A stretch of DNA of 64,000 nt. Origin: Candidatus Doudnabacteria bacterium (GTDB taxonomy: Bacteria > Patescibacteriota > Doudnabacteria > UBA920 > VMFF01). The stretch spans positions 56,971 through 120,970 of the forward strand of contig JAQBQP010000002.1 in NCBI GenBank assembly GCA_028286905.1, written 5' to 3'. Each line of letters begins with the position of its first letter. Within the stretch, counting starts at the first letter, position 1. The notes beneath the pieces were generated by a model. The model made no database searches, was not told the origin of the DNA, and saw only the letters and a program-made list of their open reading frames with translations. Below are positions 28,801 to 38,931 of this stretch, one piece after another. Position numbers and translations under genes: made by a program.

Positions 28801-30472
28801 ATTACTATTACGTAAAAAAAGTGTTTGGGCAGTAATCGCAATTATAGTGATTGGCGGAGGCTATTATTATAATAAAACTTCGGCGAAGCTGACTCCTGTT
28901 CGTTATGTTACCGCAGCGGTTCAGACCGGAACAATAACTTCTTCAGTAACTGGAACCGGGCAAGTCGCGGTTTCAGATCAAGTCGATGTTAAGCCCCAGG
29001 GGTCCGGCACAGTTACCTCGGTAAGAGTGCATCAAGGTGATCAGGTTAAAGCTGGTCAAGTAATTGCTACGGTTGATGCTCAAAGCGCAGTTAATCAGAT
29101 TAACCAGGCAAAGGTTACTTTGATGCAAGCCCAGGCAAATTACGATAAAGTTATTGCTGGCGCTACGAATACGGATTTAGCAACTGCAAAGCTTTCATTA
29201 CAGTCAGCGCAGCAAGCCGTGGACAATGCCAAAAACTCTTATGATACTAGCGTATCTCAGCAAAAAGTTAATGTAGCGAATGCCCAGTCGGCAATGTTCA
29301 ACGCCGGTCTAACTGCTTTGCCCGGAGTAGGTAACACCAGCACTGCTACTTTTACGGTAAGCGGCACCTATACCAGTACGGATCCAATCGAATATAAAAT
29401 AAACTTCTCTAGCACAGGCGGAGGTATTTATTATAATGTTTCTTCTGCTTCCGATGGCTCAAATGGATTTTTAAATCGTGGAGTGCCCGCACCATTAGGA
29501 ACTCGGGGATTGTATTTTACCATTAGCACCACCGGTACTTTATCAGGCAGTGACTATTGGACAATCGATTTACCAAACACCCAATCATCTAGCTATTTGA
29601 ACGCTTACAATTCGTATCAAGCTGCGTTGCAAACTCAGATTCAAGCAACTACTCAGGCAAATAATGCAATTCAATCGGCTCAAAATAACTTAGCTCAAGC
29701 GCAGATTAATTTTGATGCTAAAGTTGCGCCTGCAACTCAACCAGATCTATTAGCAGCTCAATCTCAAATTGAATCAGCAAAGGTTCAGTTGGCAAATGCC
29801 AATACCGCTTATCAAAATACTTTAGTTACGGCTCCTTTTGACGGTATTATTGCAAAACTTACAATTCAAAAAGGAGACCAAGCAAGCAACGCCACTGCCG
29901 CGGCAACGGTGATAACAAAACAGAAAATTGCACAAGTTACTTTGAATGAAGTTGATGTTGCTAAAGTGAAGATTGGACAAAAAGCTACTTTAACTTTCCC
30001 CGCAGTTGACGGCTTAACAATTACCGGCGATGTTGGTGAAGTTGATTCGCTTGGAACCGTAACTCAAAACGTTGTAAATTTTAGCATGAAAATTTTATTT
30101 GACACTCAAGATGACCGAGTAAAACCAGGAATGAGCGTTTCCGCTGCAATTATCACTGATGTTAAACAAGACGTCTTGACCGTCCCTTCTGCTGCTGTAA
30201 AAGGCAGTGGAGACACAGCTTACGTGGAAACGTTAGTTAACGGCGGTCCCGAACAACATTCAGTAACAGTAGGTATTTCCAGCGACACGGACACCGAAAT
30301 TTCCGGAGATATTAAAGAAGGCGATCAAGTAATTACCCAAACGATTAGTGCATCAAGCAGTACTGCAAAACCTGCCGCTTCCTCAGGTAATATTTTACAA
30401 AGTTTAGGCGGGAGTGGGGCAACGGGCGCACGAAGAACCACCGGCGCAGCAACCGGAGGCTTTGGCAAATGA
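28787..30472 (+). CDS. Efflux periplasmic adaptor subunit (HlyD/MacA family), extended
   Basis: N-terminal TM, long coiled-coil hairpin, lipoyl/barrel-like segments, Ser/Gly-rich tail. Confidence 0.7.
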   Translation: MEKIKLLLRKKSVWAVIAIIVIGGGYYYNKTSAKLTPVRYVTAAVQTGTITSSVTGTGQVAVSDQVDVKPQGSGTVTSVRVHQGDQVKAGQVIATVDAQSAVNQINQAKVTLMQAQANYDKVIAGATNTDLATAKLSLQSAQQAVDNAKNSYDTSVSQQKVNVANAQSAMFNAGLTALPGVGNTSTATFTVSGTYTSTDPIEYKINFSSTGGGIYYNVSSASDGSNGFLNRGVPAPLGTRGLYFTISTTGTLSGSDYWTIDLPNTQSSSYLNAYNSYQAALQTQIQATTQANNAIQSAQNNLAQAQINFDAKVAPATQPDLLAAQSQIESAKVQLANANTAYQNTLVTAPFDGIIAKLTIQKGDQASNATAAATVITKQKIAQVTLNEVDVAKVKIGQKATLTFPAVDGLTITGDVGEVDSLGTVTQNVVNFSMKILFDTQDDRVKPGMSVSAAIITDVKQDVLTVPSAAVKGSGDTAYVETLVNGGPEQHSVTVGISSDTDTEISGDIKEGDQVITQTISASSSTAKPAASSGNILQSLGGSGATGARRTTGAATGGFGK

Positions 30473-31149
30473 TCGAATGCAACAACTTAACTAAAACTTA
30501 TATCAATGGTGACGACACTACTGTGGTTTTGAAGGGAATTTCTTTTAAGATCGAAACAGGTGAATTCGTTGCAATAATGGGTCCGTCCGGAAGTGGTAAG
30601 TCCACCTTGATGCATATTTTAGGAGCGTTAGACACTCCCACTACTGGTAGCTATTTTTTGGACGGTAAAGATGTTTCGAAGCTTAGCGATTACGAGCTTG
30701 CCGAAATTAGAAAAGAGAAAATTGGTTTTGTTTTTCAAGCTTTTAATTTGTTGCCGCGTGCCACTGTATTAAGAAATGTTGCCTTGCCGCTAGTTTATGC
30801 CGAAGTACCAAAGGAAAAAAGGGAAGTGATCGCTAAAGAAGCCTTGGTCCGAGCTGGTATGGATGAGTCTAGATTCAATCATTTATCGAACCAGCTTTCT
30901 GGAGGACAGATGCAACGTGTCGCGATAGCACGAGCTTTAGTAAATAATCCAAGTTTAATTTTGGCGGATGAACCGACTGGAAATTTGGACACCAAAACCG
31001 GAGAAATAGTCTTAGCAACATTTCAATCACTAAGCGAACAAGGCTCAACCATTGTTTTAATTACACATGAACCGGAAGTTGCCAAATATGCCCAACGAAT
31101 TATTCATATCCGAGATGGTTTAATTTTAAAAGATGAACGGATTCGTTAA
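30469..31149 (+). CDS. ABC transporter ATP-binding protein (MacB/LolD/FtsE type)
   Basis: Walker [10 protein letters not shown], signature [15 protein letters not shown], Walker [12 protein letters not shown]. Confidence 0.85.
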   Translation: MIECNNLTKTYINGDDTTVVLKGISFKIETGEFVAIMGPSGSGKSTLMHILGALDTPTTGSYFLDGKDVSKLSDYELAEIRKEKIGFVFQAFNLLPRATVLRNVALPLVYAEVPKEKREVIAKEALVRAGMDESRFNHLSNQLSGGQMQRVAIARALVNNPSLILADEPTGNLDTKTGEIVLATFQSLSEQGSTIVLITHEPEVAKYAQRIIHIRDGLILKDERIR

Positions 31150-31160
31150 GGTAAAACATT

Positions 31161-32384
31161 ATGAAAATAAACGATCTATTTCAAGAAACATTTGCAGCAG
31201 TAACAGCAAACAAAGTTCGCTCCGGATTAACAATGCTTGGAATTGTAATTGGGATCGGTTCAGTTATTGCTATGGTTTCAATTGGGCAAGGCGCACAAAA
31301 TTCTGTTCAGTCTAGCATTCAATCAATTGGCTCAAACTTAATTTTGGTAACGCCGGGCGTGCAGAAGGGGCCGGGAGCAAATATAAGCGCCGGGCGTGGC
31401 TCAGCAACGAACTTAACCCAGCTTGATGCTGACGCGATAAAATCCACCGTTACAGGTATTAAAGCAATTGCACCAGAGCAATCTCGAAGATATCAGGTCA
31501 CTGCTAAAGGTACAAATACTAATACTCAGGTAACGGGTACCACTCCAGATTATTTGGAAGTTCGAAATGTTCAGGTCGACCAAGGGGCGTTTTTTGCAAC
31601 ATCTCAATTACAAAGCTTAGCTAAAGTGGCAGTAATCGGGCCAACTACTCGCGATGACTTGTTTGGTGTAGACGCTAACCCGGTTGGACAAACAATTAGA
31701 ATTAATAATTTGGAATTCAAAGTAATCGGTATGACTGTTGCAAAAGGGGGTAGTGGCTTTTCAAATGCTGATGATGCCATTTATATTCCTTTGCAAACAG
31801 CACAAAGGTTTCTAGCAGGCAGTGATAGCGTCTCGACCATAAGCGTTGAAGCGCAGGACGCCAATTCGATGGCAGATATTCAGCAGCAAATTACTGACTT
31901 ATTGCTGCAAAGACATAAAATTTCTGATCCGGCCGCTGCCGACTTTAGCGTTTTAAATCAGGCAGACATTGTTGCTACCGCCTCCAGCGTTACCGGAATT
32001 TTCACAATGCTGCTGGCGTCAATCGCAGGGATATCTTTGTTAGTTGGCGGAATCGGAATTATGAACATGATGCTAACAACAGTAACGGAACGCACTCGTG
32101 AAATTGGCTTGCGCAAAGCAATTGGTGCGCAAAAAAAAGATATTTCCTTGCAGTTTTTAGCTGAGGCAGTAGTTCTAACTTTCTTGGGAGGCGTACTTGG
32201 AGTGTTGTTAGGTTGGTTAATTTCTTTAGCAGTTTCGCACTTTGCATCAATAGCAACTAAGGTCTCTTTGGGTTCCGTGCTTTTAGCGTTCGGAGTTTCC
32301 GCGGGGATCGGAATAGTATTTGGCTATTATCCAGCAAGTCGAGCGGCGGGATTAAATCCAATTGAGGCTTTGCGTTACGAATAA
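31161..32384 (+). CDS. ABC transporter permease (MacB-like FtsX domain)
   Basis: N-terminal TM, large periplasmic domain, C-terminal 3-TM FtsX region (LRKAIGAQKKDI...). Confidence 0.8.
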   Translation: MKINDLFQETFAAVTANKVRSGLTMLGIVIGIGSVIAMVSIGQGAQNSVQSSIQSIGSNLILVTPGVQKGPGANISAGRGSATNLTQLDADAIKSTVTGIKAIAPEQSRRYQVTAKGTNTNTQVTGTTPDYLEVRNVQVDQGAFFATSQLQSLAKVAVIGPTTRDDLFGVDANPVGQTIRINNLEFKVIGMTVAKGGSGFSNADDAIYIPLQTAQRFLAGSDSVSTISVEAQDANSMADIQQQITDLLLQRHKISDPAAADFSVLNQADIVATASSVTGIFTMLLASIAGISLLVGGIGIMNMMLTTVTERTREIGLRKAIGAQKKDISLQFLAEAVVLTFLGGVLGVLLGWLISLAVSHFASIATKVSLGSVLLAFGVSAGIGIVFGYYPASRAAGLNPIEALRYE

Positions 32385-32401
32385 TAATTAAAATAATAAG
32401 T

Positions 32402-32899
32402 ATGACTAATAAAAATATTGGTTTAAGTGTAGTAACAGTTTTAGTAATTGCAGCAATTGGTTTTTTTGGCGGGATGAAATATGGATCTGCACATGCCTTG
32501 TCTGCAAAATCTCTGGCTAGCTTAAGCACTGCTCAAAAACAGTTGCTAACTCAAAATCTTCGCGGTGGTGGGATGGCTGGTAATGCTGGAGCTGGTGGAG
32601 CAATGGGCTTTGCGGGGCGCAGAACCGGAACAGGTGGGGCCGCTGGCTCAGGGTTTACAGCAGGAAATATAATTAGCAAAGATGATAAAAGTATAACCGT
32701 TTCCACAACTGGCGGTGGTTCAAAAATAATTTTTGTTTCTGGTACTACTAAGGTTGGTAAAAGCGTAACCGGTGCAGTTTCCGATTTGGCAGTAGGCGAC
32801 CAGGTAACCATTACCGGTGCCGCAAATTCAGACGGCAGTATTAACGCAGCATCAGTAGATATTCGCCCTGCTAACACTGTTCCATCAACAGGTAAATAA
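32402..32899 (+). CDS. Secreted Gly/Ala-rich hypothetical protein
   Basis: Signal/TM N-terminus; GGGMAGNAGAGGAMGFAG low-complexity stretch. Confidence 0.45.
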   Translation: MTNKNIGLSVVTVLVIAAIGFFGGMKYGSAHALSAKSLASLSTAQKQLLTQNLRGGGMAGNAGAGGAMGFAGRRTGTGGAAGSGFTAGNIISKDDKSITVSTTGGGSKIIFVSGTTKVGKSVTGAVSDLAVGDQVTITGAANSDGSINAASVDIRPANTVPSTGK

Positions 32900-32985
32900 T
32901 TGACCGGCAGTAGGTTTTCTGTTACTCTGCCTAATTAGAATAGGCAGGGGGATCAATAATAAAAACCTTTTCGCGGGGAGCGAAA

Positions 32986-33795
32986 ATGAATAATCAGGAA
33001 CTCGGAGCGTCTGTGGAATGGTTGTACGGCTTAGGGTTATCAGTCAAAGAGATTCGTAAAATTTTGGCAGAATTACCTGGGCTAAAAAAGGTCTCGATAA
33101 CGGCGGTGCGAGAGCATCTAGCTGACGAGTTCGGTAGCCAGAAACACTTTCCAAATCGCCCTAGAACGGCGGAACTGAGCTATGCGCGAGTGTTCGGGGA
33201 ATATGCGGCTACGATTGGTGCTGCCGATCATGTTTCGCCGTTGGTACCCTGGCAATTTCGTAGGCTGATGCTTCTGAGGTATTTGGTTCCGGATGGTGAC
33301 GAAGTTTTAACCGGCGCCGGAATGTTGAAGACGTTGGTGTACGATCCGCCGTATCCGCCGGGCTATCTCAGTCTGTTGAGTGCAGTGTTCCAAGCCAATT
33401 ATGGGTTGGAATTTTCCTCAGACCGGATCACAGGGCCATACGTACATGCAGTTATCGAAGGCGGTATCGCGACACCGAAAAACTATCAGGAATTTCTGAT
33501 CAGTGCGCTGCAACATGCCGCGGAACAGATTCGGCTTAATCCTCCGAGGTGGCCGCCACTGAAGCAGGTAGACAATGCGATTTCTCGTACGCCGATGATG
33601 CCTGCGGAGCGGAAAGCGCTTCGATATTATTACGGGATCCAGGGAAAATCGGCAAAAAGCGAAGACGAGATCGCGGAGCTGATTCAAAGACCTGCGAGCC
33701 AGGTACGAGAATATGTTAAGAAAGCAGTCGCTCATCTCAGTGAGACTGGGGGAGCGCTTGGATTGTTGCTGTACCAACACCTGTCTGTGCTTTAG
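32986..33795 (+). CDS. Hypothetical regulator with C-terminal sigma-70 region-4-like HTH, in a G+C-rich island
   Basis: C-terminal ERKALRYYYGIQGKSAKSEDEIAELIQRPASQVREYVKKAV resembles sigma region 4; composition is visibly more GC-rich than the flanks. Confidence 0.5.
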   Translation: MNNQELGASVEWLYGLGLSVKEIRKILAELPGLKKVSITAVREHLADEFGSQKHFPNRPRTAELSYARVFGEYAATIGAADHVSPLVPWQFRRLMLLRYLVPDGDEVLTGAGMLKTLVYDPPYPPGYLSLLSAVFQANYGLEFSSDRITGPYVHAVIEGGIATPKNYQEFLISALQHAAEQIRLNPPRWPPLKQVDNAISRTPMMPAERKALRYYYGIQGKSAKSEDEIAELIQRPASQVREYVKKAVAHLSETGGALGLLLYQHLSVL

Positions 33796-33826
33796 CCGAC
33801 TCGGTTGAAGAGGTTTTTCTAAAACA

Positions 33827-33863
33827 AAAGACCGTGAAAAGAAATTTTCGCGGTCTTTGTTTT
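33827..33863. terminator. Bidirectional terminator (AAGACCG...CGGTCTT)
   Basis: Imperfect long stem flanked by A- and T-runs between convergent genes. Confidence 0.5.
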
Positions 33864-33874
33864 GTTAAGAGTGT

Positions 33875-34504
33875 TTACTTATCGAGCAGAGTTAAATCTT
33901 TAACAAAGAGGTGTTTGTTAATTTCGTGAATTGAATAAGTTATAAAAAAAGCGGCAAATACATCAATTGAATAATGGAGGTGGCCTAGTAAGACTGCTGC
34001 GCCAAGCAGTACCGAAGAAATCAAGAAGGTAATGCGTAGTTTTTTATTTTCCCAATATATTAAAGCCATTAAAAATGGCAGGCCAGTGTGTCCGGAAAAA
34101 AATAAATCCCCGCCAAAGCTAAACTCTTCCATAATCTTTGAGCTGGAAAGATAGTCAGGATGTAAGCCCAAATGCGTTAAACTAAAGAAAAATGATCTAA
34201 TTAGTATAAAAACAGCTACGCTTTTCGTAACAAATGGAATTCTTTTCGGCTCAATAAATATCAGTCCGACGCTAAATAGAATTAAGATTAATGCGCCCCA
34301 GACGAAAATAATCGTAACATTAACAACGGGCAGGTTGTCTAAAATTAAATCACTGCTTGGACTACTTTGTTTAGTAGTCGCATAACTTGCTGCAAAATAA
34401 TATAACAATAAACTAAGTAATAAAAAAAAGATTCCAAAAATGCTTGATTGGCGGTAGTTTTTATCTGCCCAAAGCTCTTTATATTTTTGAGCGAGGTTAG
34501 TCAT
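33875..34504 (-). CDS. PAP2-superfamily membrane phosphatase-like protein
   Basis: FSGHTG and H..D (HLHYSIDV) elements resemble PAP2 motifs; 5-6 TM segments. Confidence 0.45.
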   Translation of the reverse strand: MTNLAQKYKELWADKNYRQSSIFGIFFLLLSLLLYYFAASYATTKQSSPSSDLILDNLPVVNVTIIFVWGALILILFSVGLIFIEPKRIPFVTKSVAVFILIRSFFFSLTHLGLHPDYLSSSKIMEEFSFGGDLFFSGHTGLPFLMALIYWENKKLRITFLISSVLLGAAVLLGHLHYSIDVFAAFFITYSIHEINKHLFVKDLTLLDK

Positions 34505-35432
34505 TGTCTTGAATAGAGAAAATGTTGAAGGAGGAATGTGTTGCCGCTCTGGTCGTGGTAGGTTTAAGTTCTTGAAATGTAGCGGTGCTTAGAGCTCCGG
34601 CAAAAAGAATCATTAATATTGCAGCGCAAACTGTCCACATTGTAGTAGTAGCAAGAAAAACCTTTCTAACATTGGTTCGAAAGATTGGTGTGGCTTCATG
34701 TCTGACGTCGACGTAGTTAGTATGAAAAGGTTTTTTGAAAAAAATTGTCCAAAAATAATTGATCGGATATTTTATTCCCATTGTTAGCAAGCCTTCTTTT
34801 TTTAACCTGCGTCCGGAAGAATACATTGGAAGCTTAAAGGTAAATTTTACTCCGCCTATCGGACGTAATCTTCTGGCGATGTCGGTATCTTCTCCATAAA
34901 AATTTATCGAAAGATTGTAGCCGTTAATTTTTTCCAACGCTGAACGATGGACGATATAATTTCCACCTTGCAACAAAGAGCCAACCCTTAATACAAATCT
35001 ATTGTTTATATAACTGATATAGCCGAGGTAGTAATAAAATCGCACTAAAACATTGTTTAATAGAGAAAGGTCATAATAAATAAAGGGTCCGCTTAGGGCA
35101 ACTAATTTTTTGTTTGCTGCAAACTCTGACAAAACTGTGTCAATCCATCCAGGAGTTAATATTGAATCAGCATCCACATTAGCAATTAACTCGCCTGAAG
35201 AGGCATCGAAGCCGGCTTGACGGGCAAAGAGCAGTCCCTTGCGAGATTCGCGAATAACTCTTACGCCCTGATAAGACTCAGCCACAGAGTGGGTGGTATC
35301 AGTGCTGGCATTGTTTACAACAATAATCTCAGTAAGGTGGCTAGTGGTTTGTGTTTCTCTTAAAATGCTTTCCAGACATCTGGGTAAGTAAGCTTCTTCA
35401 TTGTACGCTGGAACTACAAAGGATATTTTCAT
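34497..35432 (-). CDS. Family 2 glycosyltransferase
   Basis: KISFVVPAYNEEAYL, DxD, C-terminal TM. Confidence 0.75.
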   Translation of the reverse strand: MKISFVVPAYNEEAYLPRCLESILRETQTTSHLTEIIVVNNASTDTTHSVAESYQGVRVIRESRKGLLFARQAGFDASSGELIANVDADSILTPGWIDTVLSEFAANKKLVALSGPFIYYDLSLLNNVLVRFYYYLGYISYINNRFVLRVGSLLQGGNYIVHRSALEKINGYNLSINFYGEDTDIARRLRPIGGVKFTFKLPMYSSGRRLKKEGLLTMGIKYPINYFWTIFFKKPFHTNYVDVRHEATPIFRTNVRKVFLATTTMWTVCAAILMILFAGALSTATFQELKPTTTRAATHSSFNIFSIQDND

Positions 35433-35433
35433 A

Positions 35434-36156
35434 TTATCTGATCACTGACCATTCTTTGCTGTAGGATTTTTTAAAAGCCTTAACATAAATTAGGTTAATC
35501 ACCCACAAATATAAAAGTTTTGGCCAACCAATTTTATGCGCTCTTCGGGAAGTGTGTAGGACGTGGAGGCTTGGTTCGCTTCGAACGGTTCCAATTTTGG
35601 CGAGCTTTGCAAACATGTCATTGTCTTCGCCAATAACCATGCCAATATCGTAGCCGTTAACTTTTTTAAACGCTTCTGTTCGAATCATTTGAAATTCGCC
35701 CGCTGCTGCGCCAGTTTTCAAGAGGTTGTTGGAAATTTGAATTGTCCGGTTAATGAATGCAAAGAAAAAATTATCTGCCCAGGTGGCGTTTTCTTTATGC
35801 ACTCTTAAAAAAACCGTAAGACCAATTAGATCTGAGTTTTGCTCAAATAATTTTAGCGCTTTGGGAATAAAGGAATTTATTTCCGGTATCGTAATATCTG
35901 CATCTAAGAAAAGTAATAAATCTCCTGAGGCCGCTTCTGCACCAGAATTTTTACCTTCACCGATTTTCTGTCTGGTTTTTCCATCATGAACAATTACTTT
36001 ATGAGCATGCTTTTTAGCAATCTCAATCGTTTGGTCAGTGCTGAGCCCATCGGCAACGATTAACTCATAATCGACATCGGCCAATTCTTTTAAAGAACCC
36101 AGGGTATTCTCTAAAATTTTTTCTTCATTCAAAGTTGGGATGATAATTGAGAGCAT
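35434..36156 (-). CDS. Family 2 glycosyltransferase
   Basis: LSIIIPTLNEE, DADITI. Confidence 0.75.
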   Translation of the reverse strand: MLSIIIPTLNEEKILENTLGSLKELADVDYELIVADGLSTDQTIEIAKKHAHKVIVHDGKTRQKIGEGKNSGAEAASGDLLLFLDADITIPEINSFIPKALKLFEQNSDLIGLTVFLRVHKENATWADNFFFAFINRTIQISNNLLKTGAAAGEFQMIRTEAFKKVNGYDIGMVIGEDNDMFAKLAKIGTVRSEPSLHVLHTSRRAHKIGWPKLLYLWVINLIYVKAFKKSYSKEWSVIR

Positions 36157-36785
36157 TAAATTTCTTTTTTTGATAAGTATTTAATTAGTAAGCGCATTCC
36201 GATAAAGACAAAAGCTAAGATAAAAATGACAAACACTATTTTGTAGGGACCGACAAATTTTGTATAAACGTCTCCAAAAAAATATCCTATCGAGAGTAAG
36301 AAAGCGGTCCAGATAAAGCCGCCATACAAGTTAAGAATAGCATATTTCTTAAAAGGAACCCGAATCATGCCGGCTACAATCAGAGTTGCCACTGCGAAAC
36401 CGAAACCCATTGTAATTTTTGATATAAAAAGAATCTTATTTTGATAACGGTGGAAGCGATCTTCAATCTTAGCCAGTATTTCAGGCGTTATATGAAAAAA
36501 TCTACCAAATTTATCCACTAAGGGGCGCCCGCCATAGCGGCCTAAAGCGTACATCCCCAAATCTGCAGTAAAATCACCACTAACTAGAGTAAAATACAAC
36601 GGAATAAGTTGAAATTGCCCTAAACGGTACAGAAAACCGCTACTCATCATCAAAAGAGGGCCTTCGACCAGGCAGCCTAGAAACAGCAAAACATATTTGG
36701 AATGGTCAATAAAAGTGATCCAAACGGACAACGTAAGCATGCTTATATTATAGCAAGTATAAACATCCAGACAATGCTGCTTCAT
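36156..36785 (-). CDS. DedA/VTT-domain membrane protein
   Basis: EGPLLMMSSGFL...YFTLVSGDFTADLGMYALGRYGG is typical of the DedA core. Confidence 0.65.
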   Translation of the reverse strand: MKQHCLDVYTCYNISMLTLSVWITFIDHSKYVLLFLGCLVEGPLLMMSSGFLYRLGQFQLIPLYFTLVSGDFTADLGMYALGRYGGRPLVDKFGRFFHITPEILAKIEDRFHRYQNKILFISKITMGFGFAVATLIVAGMIRVPFKKYAILNLYGGFIWTAFLLSIGYFFGDVYTKFVGPYKIVFVIFILAFVFIGMRLLIKYLSKKEI

Positions 36786-36820
36786 CTGTTCTTCATGCTA
36801 CAATAGTATTATAAAGACAT

Positions 36821-37489
36821 ATGAAAATTTTGTTGATTGAAGATAATCAAAAGTTGGCCGAATCAATTAAGCGCGGTTTAGAGCCGGATGGTTATTCGGT
36901 AGACATTGTTGGGGACGGTCTGGTGGGCCAACAACGTTTAGAGGCGCATAAGGATTTGTATGATCTGGTTATTTTAGACTTGATGCTTCCAGGGAAAACC
37001 GGTACGCAGGTCTGTGTCGCTTGGCGCGATCAAAATATTGTCGTTCCGATCTTAATGCTTACGGCCAGGGACACTGTAGAGGACAAGGTGCTTGGTTTGG
37101 ACAGCGGAGCAGATGACTACTTGGTAAAACCCTTTGACTTTGCGGAGCTGATTGCTAGGATCAGGGCGTTGCTACGCAGGCCAACAGTGCTTGTTGATGA
37201 GAATATTGTAGTAGGACCGTTATCATTAAGAACAAGTCAAAAACAAATTTTTCTTAATGATAAAGCTTTAGAACTGACGCTACGCGAATATGCAGTTTTA
37301 GAATATTGCATGCGACATCCTAAGCAAGTTTTAGGCAGAGATCAAATCTTATCGAGTGCTTGGGATTATTCCTTTGATTCATTTAGTAATGTTGTTGACG
37401 TGCATATTAAGAATTTAAGAAAAAAATTAGGAACTTATGGGAAAACCCTTCAGACCGTTCGAGGGCTCGGCTACCGCTTGGCACTCTGA
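36821..37489 (+). CDS. Response regulator, OmpR family (receiver plus winged-helix)
   Basis: MKILLIEDN, D52 in VILDLMLPG, C-terminal GYRLA. Confidence 0.85.
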   Translation: MKILLIEDNQKLAESIKRGLEPDGYSVDIVGDGLVGQQRLEAHKDLYDLVILDLMLPGKTGTQVCVAWRDQNIVVPILMLTARDTVEDKVLGLDSGADDYLVKPFDFAELIARIRALLRRPTVLVDENIVVGPLSLRTSQKQIFLNDKALELTLREYAVLEYCMRHPKQVLGRDQILSSAWDYSFDSFSNVVDVHIKNLRKKLGTYGKTLQTVRGLGYRLAL

Positions 37490-38456
37490 CCCATTTTTTA
37501 GAGCAAGAATAAAACTTACCGCTTGGTACGTTGGTTTTATTGTTTTAATATTGGCTTCGTTCAGCGGGGCTTTATTCACGAGTTTTAATGCCAATGTTCG
37601 TCGAAAGCCAGTACATATAGATCAAGAACTTTCTCGGGAAGAGATCCGCAATCAATTCGCGGACGATGCTGCTAGTAGCTTATTATTATCGCTACTTATA
37701 ATTGATGGAATAATTTTTGTTGTTTCCGCCGCAGCAAGTTATACCTTTGCCGGATACACCCTACGTCCATTGCAAAAAACGATGGCAGCGCAAAAGAGGT
37801 TTGTCGCAAATGCGTCACACGAATTGCGCACGCCTTTAGCCGTAATGCAGACTGATATTGAAGTGCTAACCCGTCAAGACCAAACTCTTTCTGAACAAGC
37901 GAAGCGAACTTTAGCCAGCGCAATGCAAGAATTAAAAGTTATGAAAGACTTAAGCAATCAGATGCTTAGTTTGTCGAAAGCCGAAAATTCTATAATTTCT
38001 TCAAATAAAACGGAGTTTGACCTAGCTGTTCTTTTAGAAGAGGTGTATTCCCGGATGAAACCGTTAGCCGAAAAGAAAAAAATTGAGATGCAAATAGAAA
38101 GCACCCGAGTTTCGATAATTCATGCTGATCAAAATCATATTGATCATGTTATTTCAAACTTAATCGACAATGCCATTAAGTATACTAAAATCGGTGGCAA
38201 AATAATGATTAGCTTAACGAAAGATAAAAATAATGCAGTCTTACAATTTAAGGATACGGGCATTGGAATTTCCGAGAAAGACTTGCCGCATATTTTTGAA
38301 AGTTTTTATAAATCTGACCAATCTCACTCAAGCGAAGGAGCTGGCCTTGGTTTATCTATCGTAAAAACTTTGGTGACAAATAATGGTGGAGAAATAGTTT
38401 TAGAAAGCAAAGTTGGCGAAGGAACAAATTTAACAGTTAAATTCTTATTGCTTTAA
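37437..38456 (+). CDS. Sensor histidine kinase (HisKA plus HATPase_c)
   Basis: H-box ASHELRTPL; N, G1, G2 boxes (DNAIKYT, DTGIGI, GLGLSIV); start overlaps the response-regulator gene end, so the start codon is uncertain. Confidence 0.78.
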   Translation: MGKPFRPFEGSATAWHSDPFFRARIKLTAWYVGFIVLILASFSGALFTSFNANVRRKPVHIDQELSREEIRNQFADDAASSLLLSLLIIDGIIFVVSAAASYTFAGYTLRPLQKTMAAQKRFVANASHELRTPLAVMQTDIEVLTRQDQTLSEQAKRTLASAMQELKVMKDLSNQMLSLSKAENSIISSNKTEFDLAVLLEEVYSRMKPLAEKKKIEMQIESTRVSIIHADQNHIDHVISNLIDNAIKYTKIGGKIMISLTKDKNNAVLQFKDTGIGISEKDLPHIFESFYKSDQSHSSEGAGLGLSIVKTLVTNNGGEIVLESKVGEGTNLTVKFLLL

Positions 38457-38825
38457 ATGGAGTTTGATCTTATCCACTAGCTGGCTTGGAGAAATATCTG
38501 ATTTGATAACGAAATCAACTGCCCCGAGGCGCATCGATTCAGATTTGTTCGCATCTTCGCTAAGATTTGAAAGAACGATAATCGGAATTTCTTTTAATTC
38601 TTTGTTTTGTTTGATATTTTTTAAAACCCCAAAACCATCCATTCCTGGCATCAATAAATCTAGCAAGATCATATCTGGATGGGTTCTTTGAATTTTTTCT
38701 ATTGCCTCTAAGCCGTTACTAGCGCTCTCTACTTCGTATCCGGCAAATTCTAACCCCTGATGATAGACTCCTACCAGTAACTCTTCGTCATCTACTATTA
38801 ACACTTTAAATTTTTTGTTTCGCAT
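38445..38825 (-). CDS. Single-domain response regulator (CheY-like receiver)
   Basis: KVLIVDDE, DLLMPGMDG, K in VLSNL. Confidence 0.8.
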   Translation of the reverse strand: MRNKKFKVLIVDDEELLVGVYHQGLEFAGYEVESASNGLEAIEKIQRTHPDMILLDLLMPGMDGFGVLKNIKQNKELKEIPIIVLSNLSEDANKSESMRLGAVDFVIKSDISPSQLVDKIKLHLKQ

Positions 38826-38931
38826 TATATCCGTTTAAGACTTCTTTGTTTAGTACATTATAACAAATAATCGTGTATAATGCGATTTTTTGTTATAATT
38901 ACTTGTGGATCACTGATTAATTAGATAAAAA

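Noticed and set aside
31133-31315. 60-aa + strand ORF overlapping the macB-ATPase / permease junction
   Set aside because: It lies out of frame within two well-supported genes; Ser/Asn-rich with no signals.
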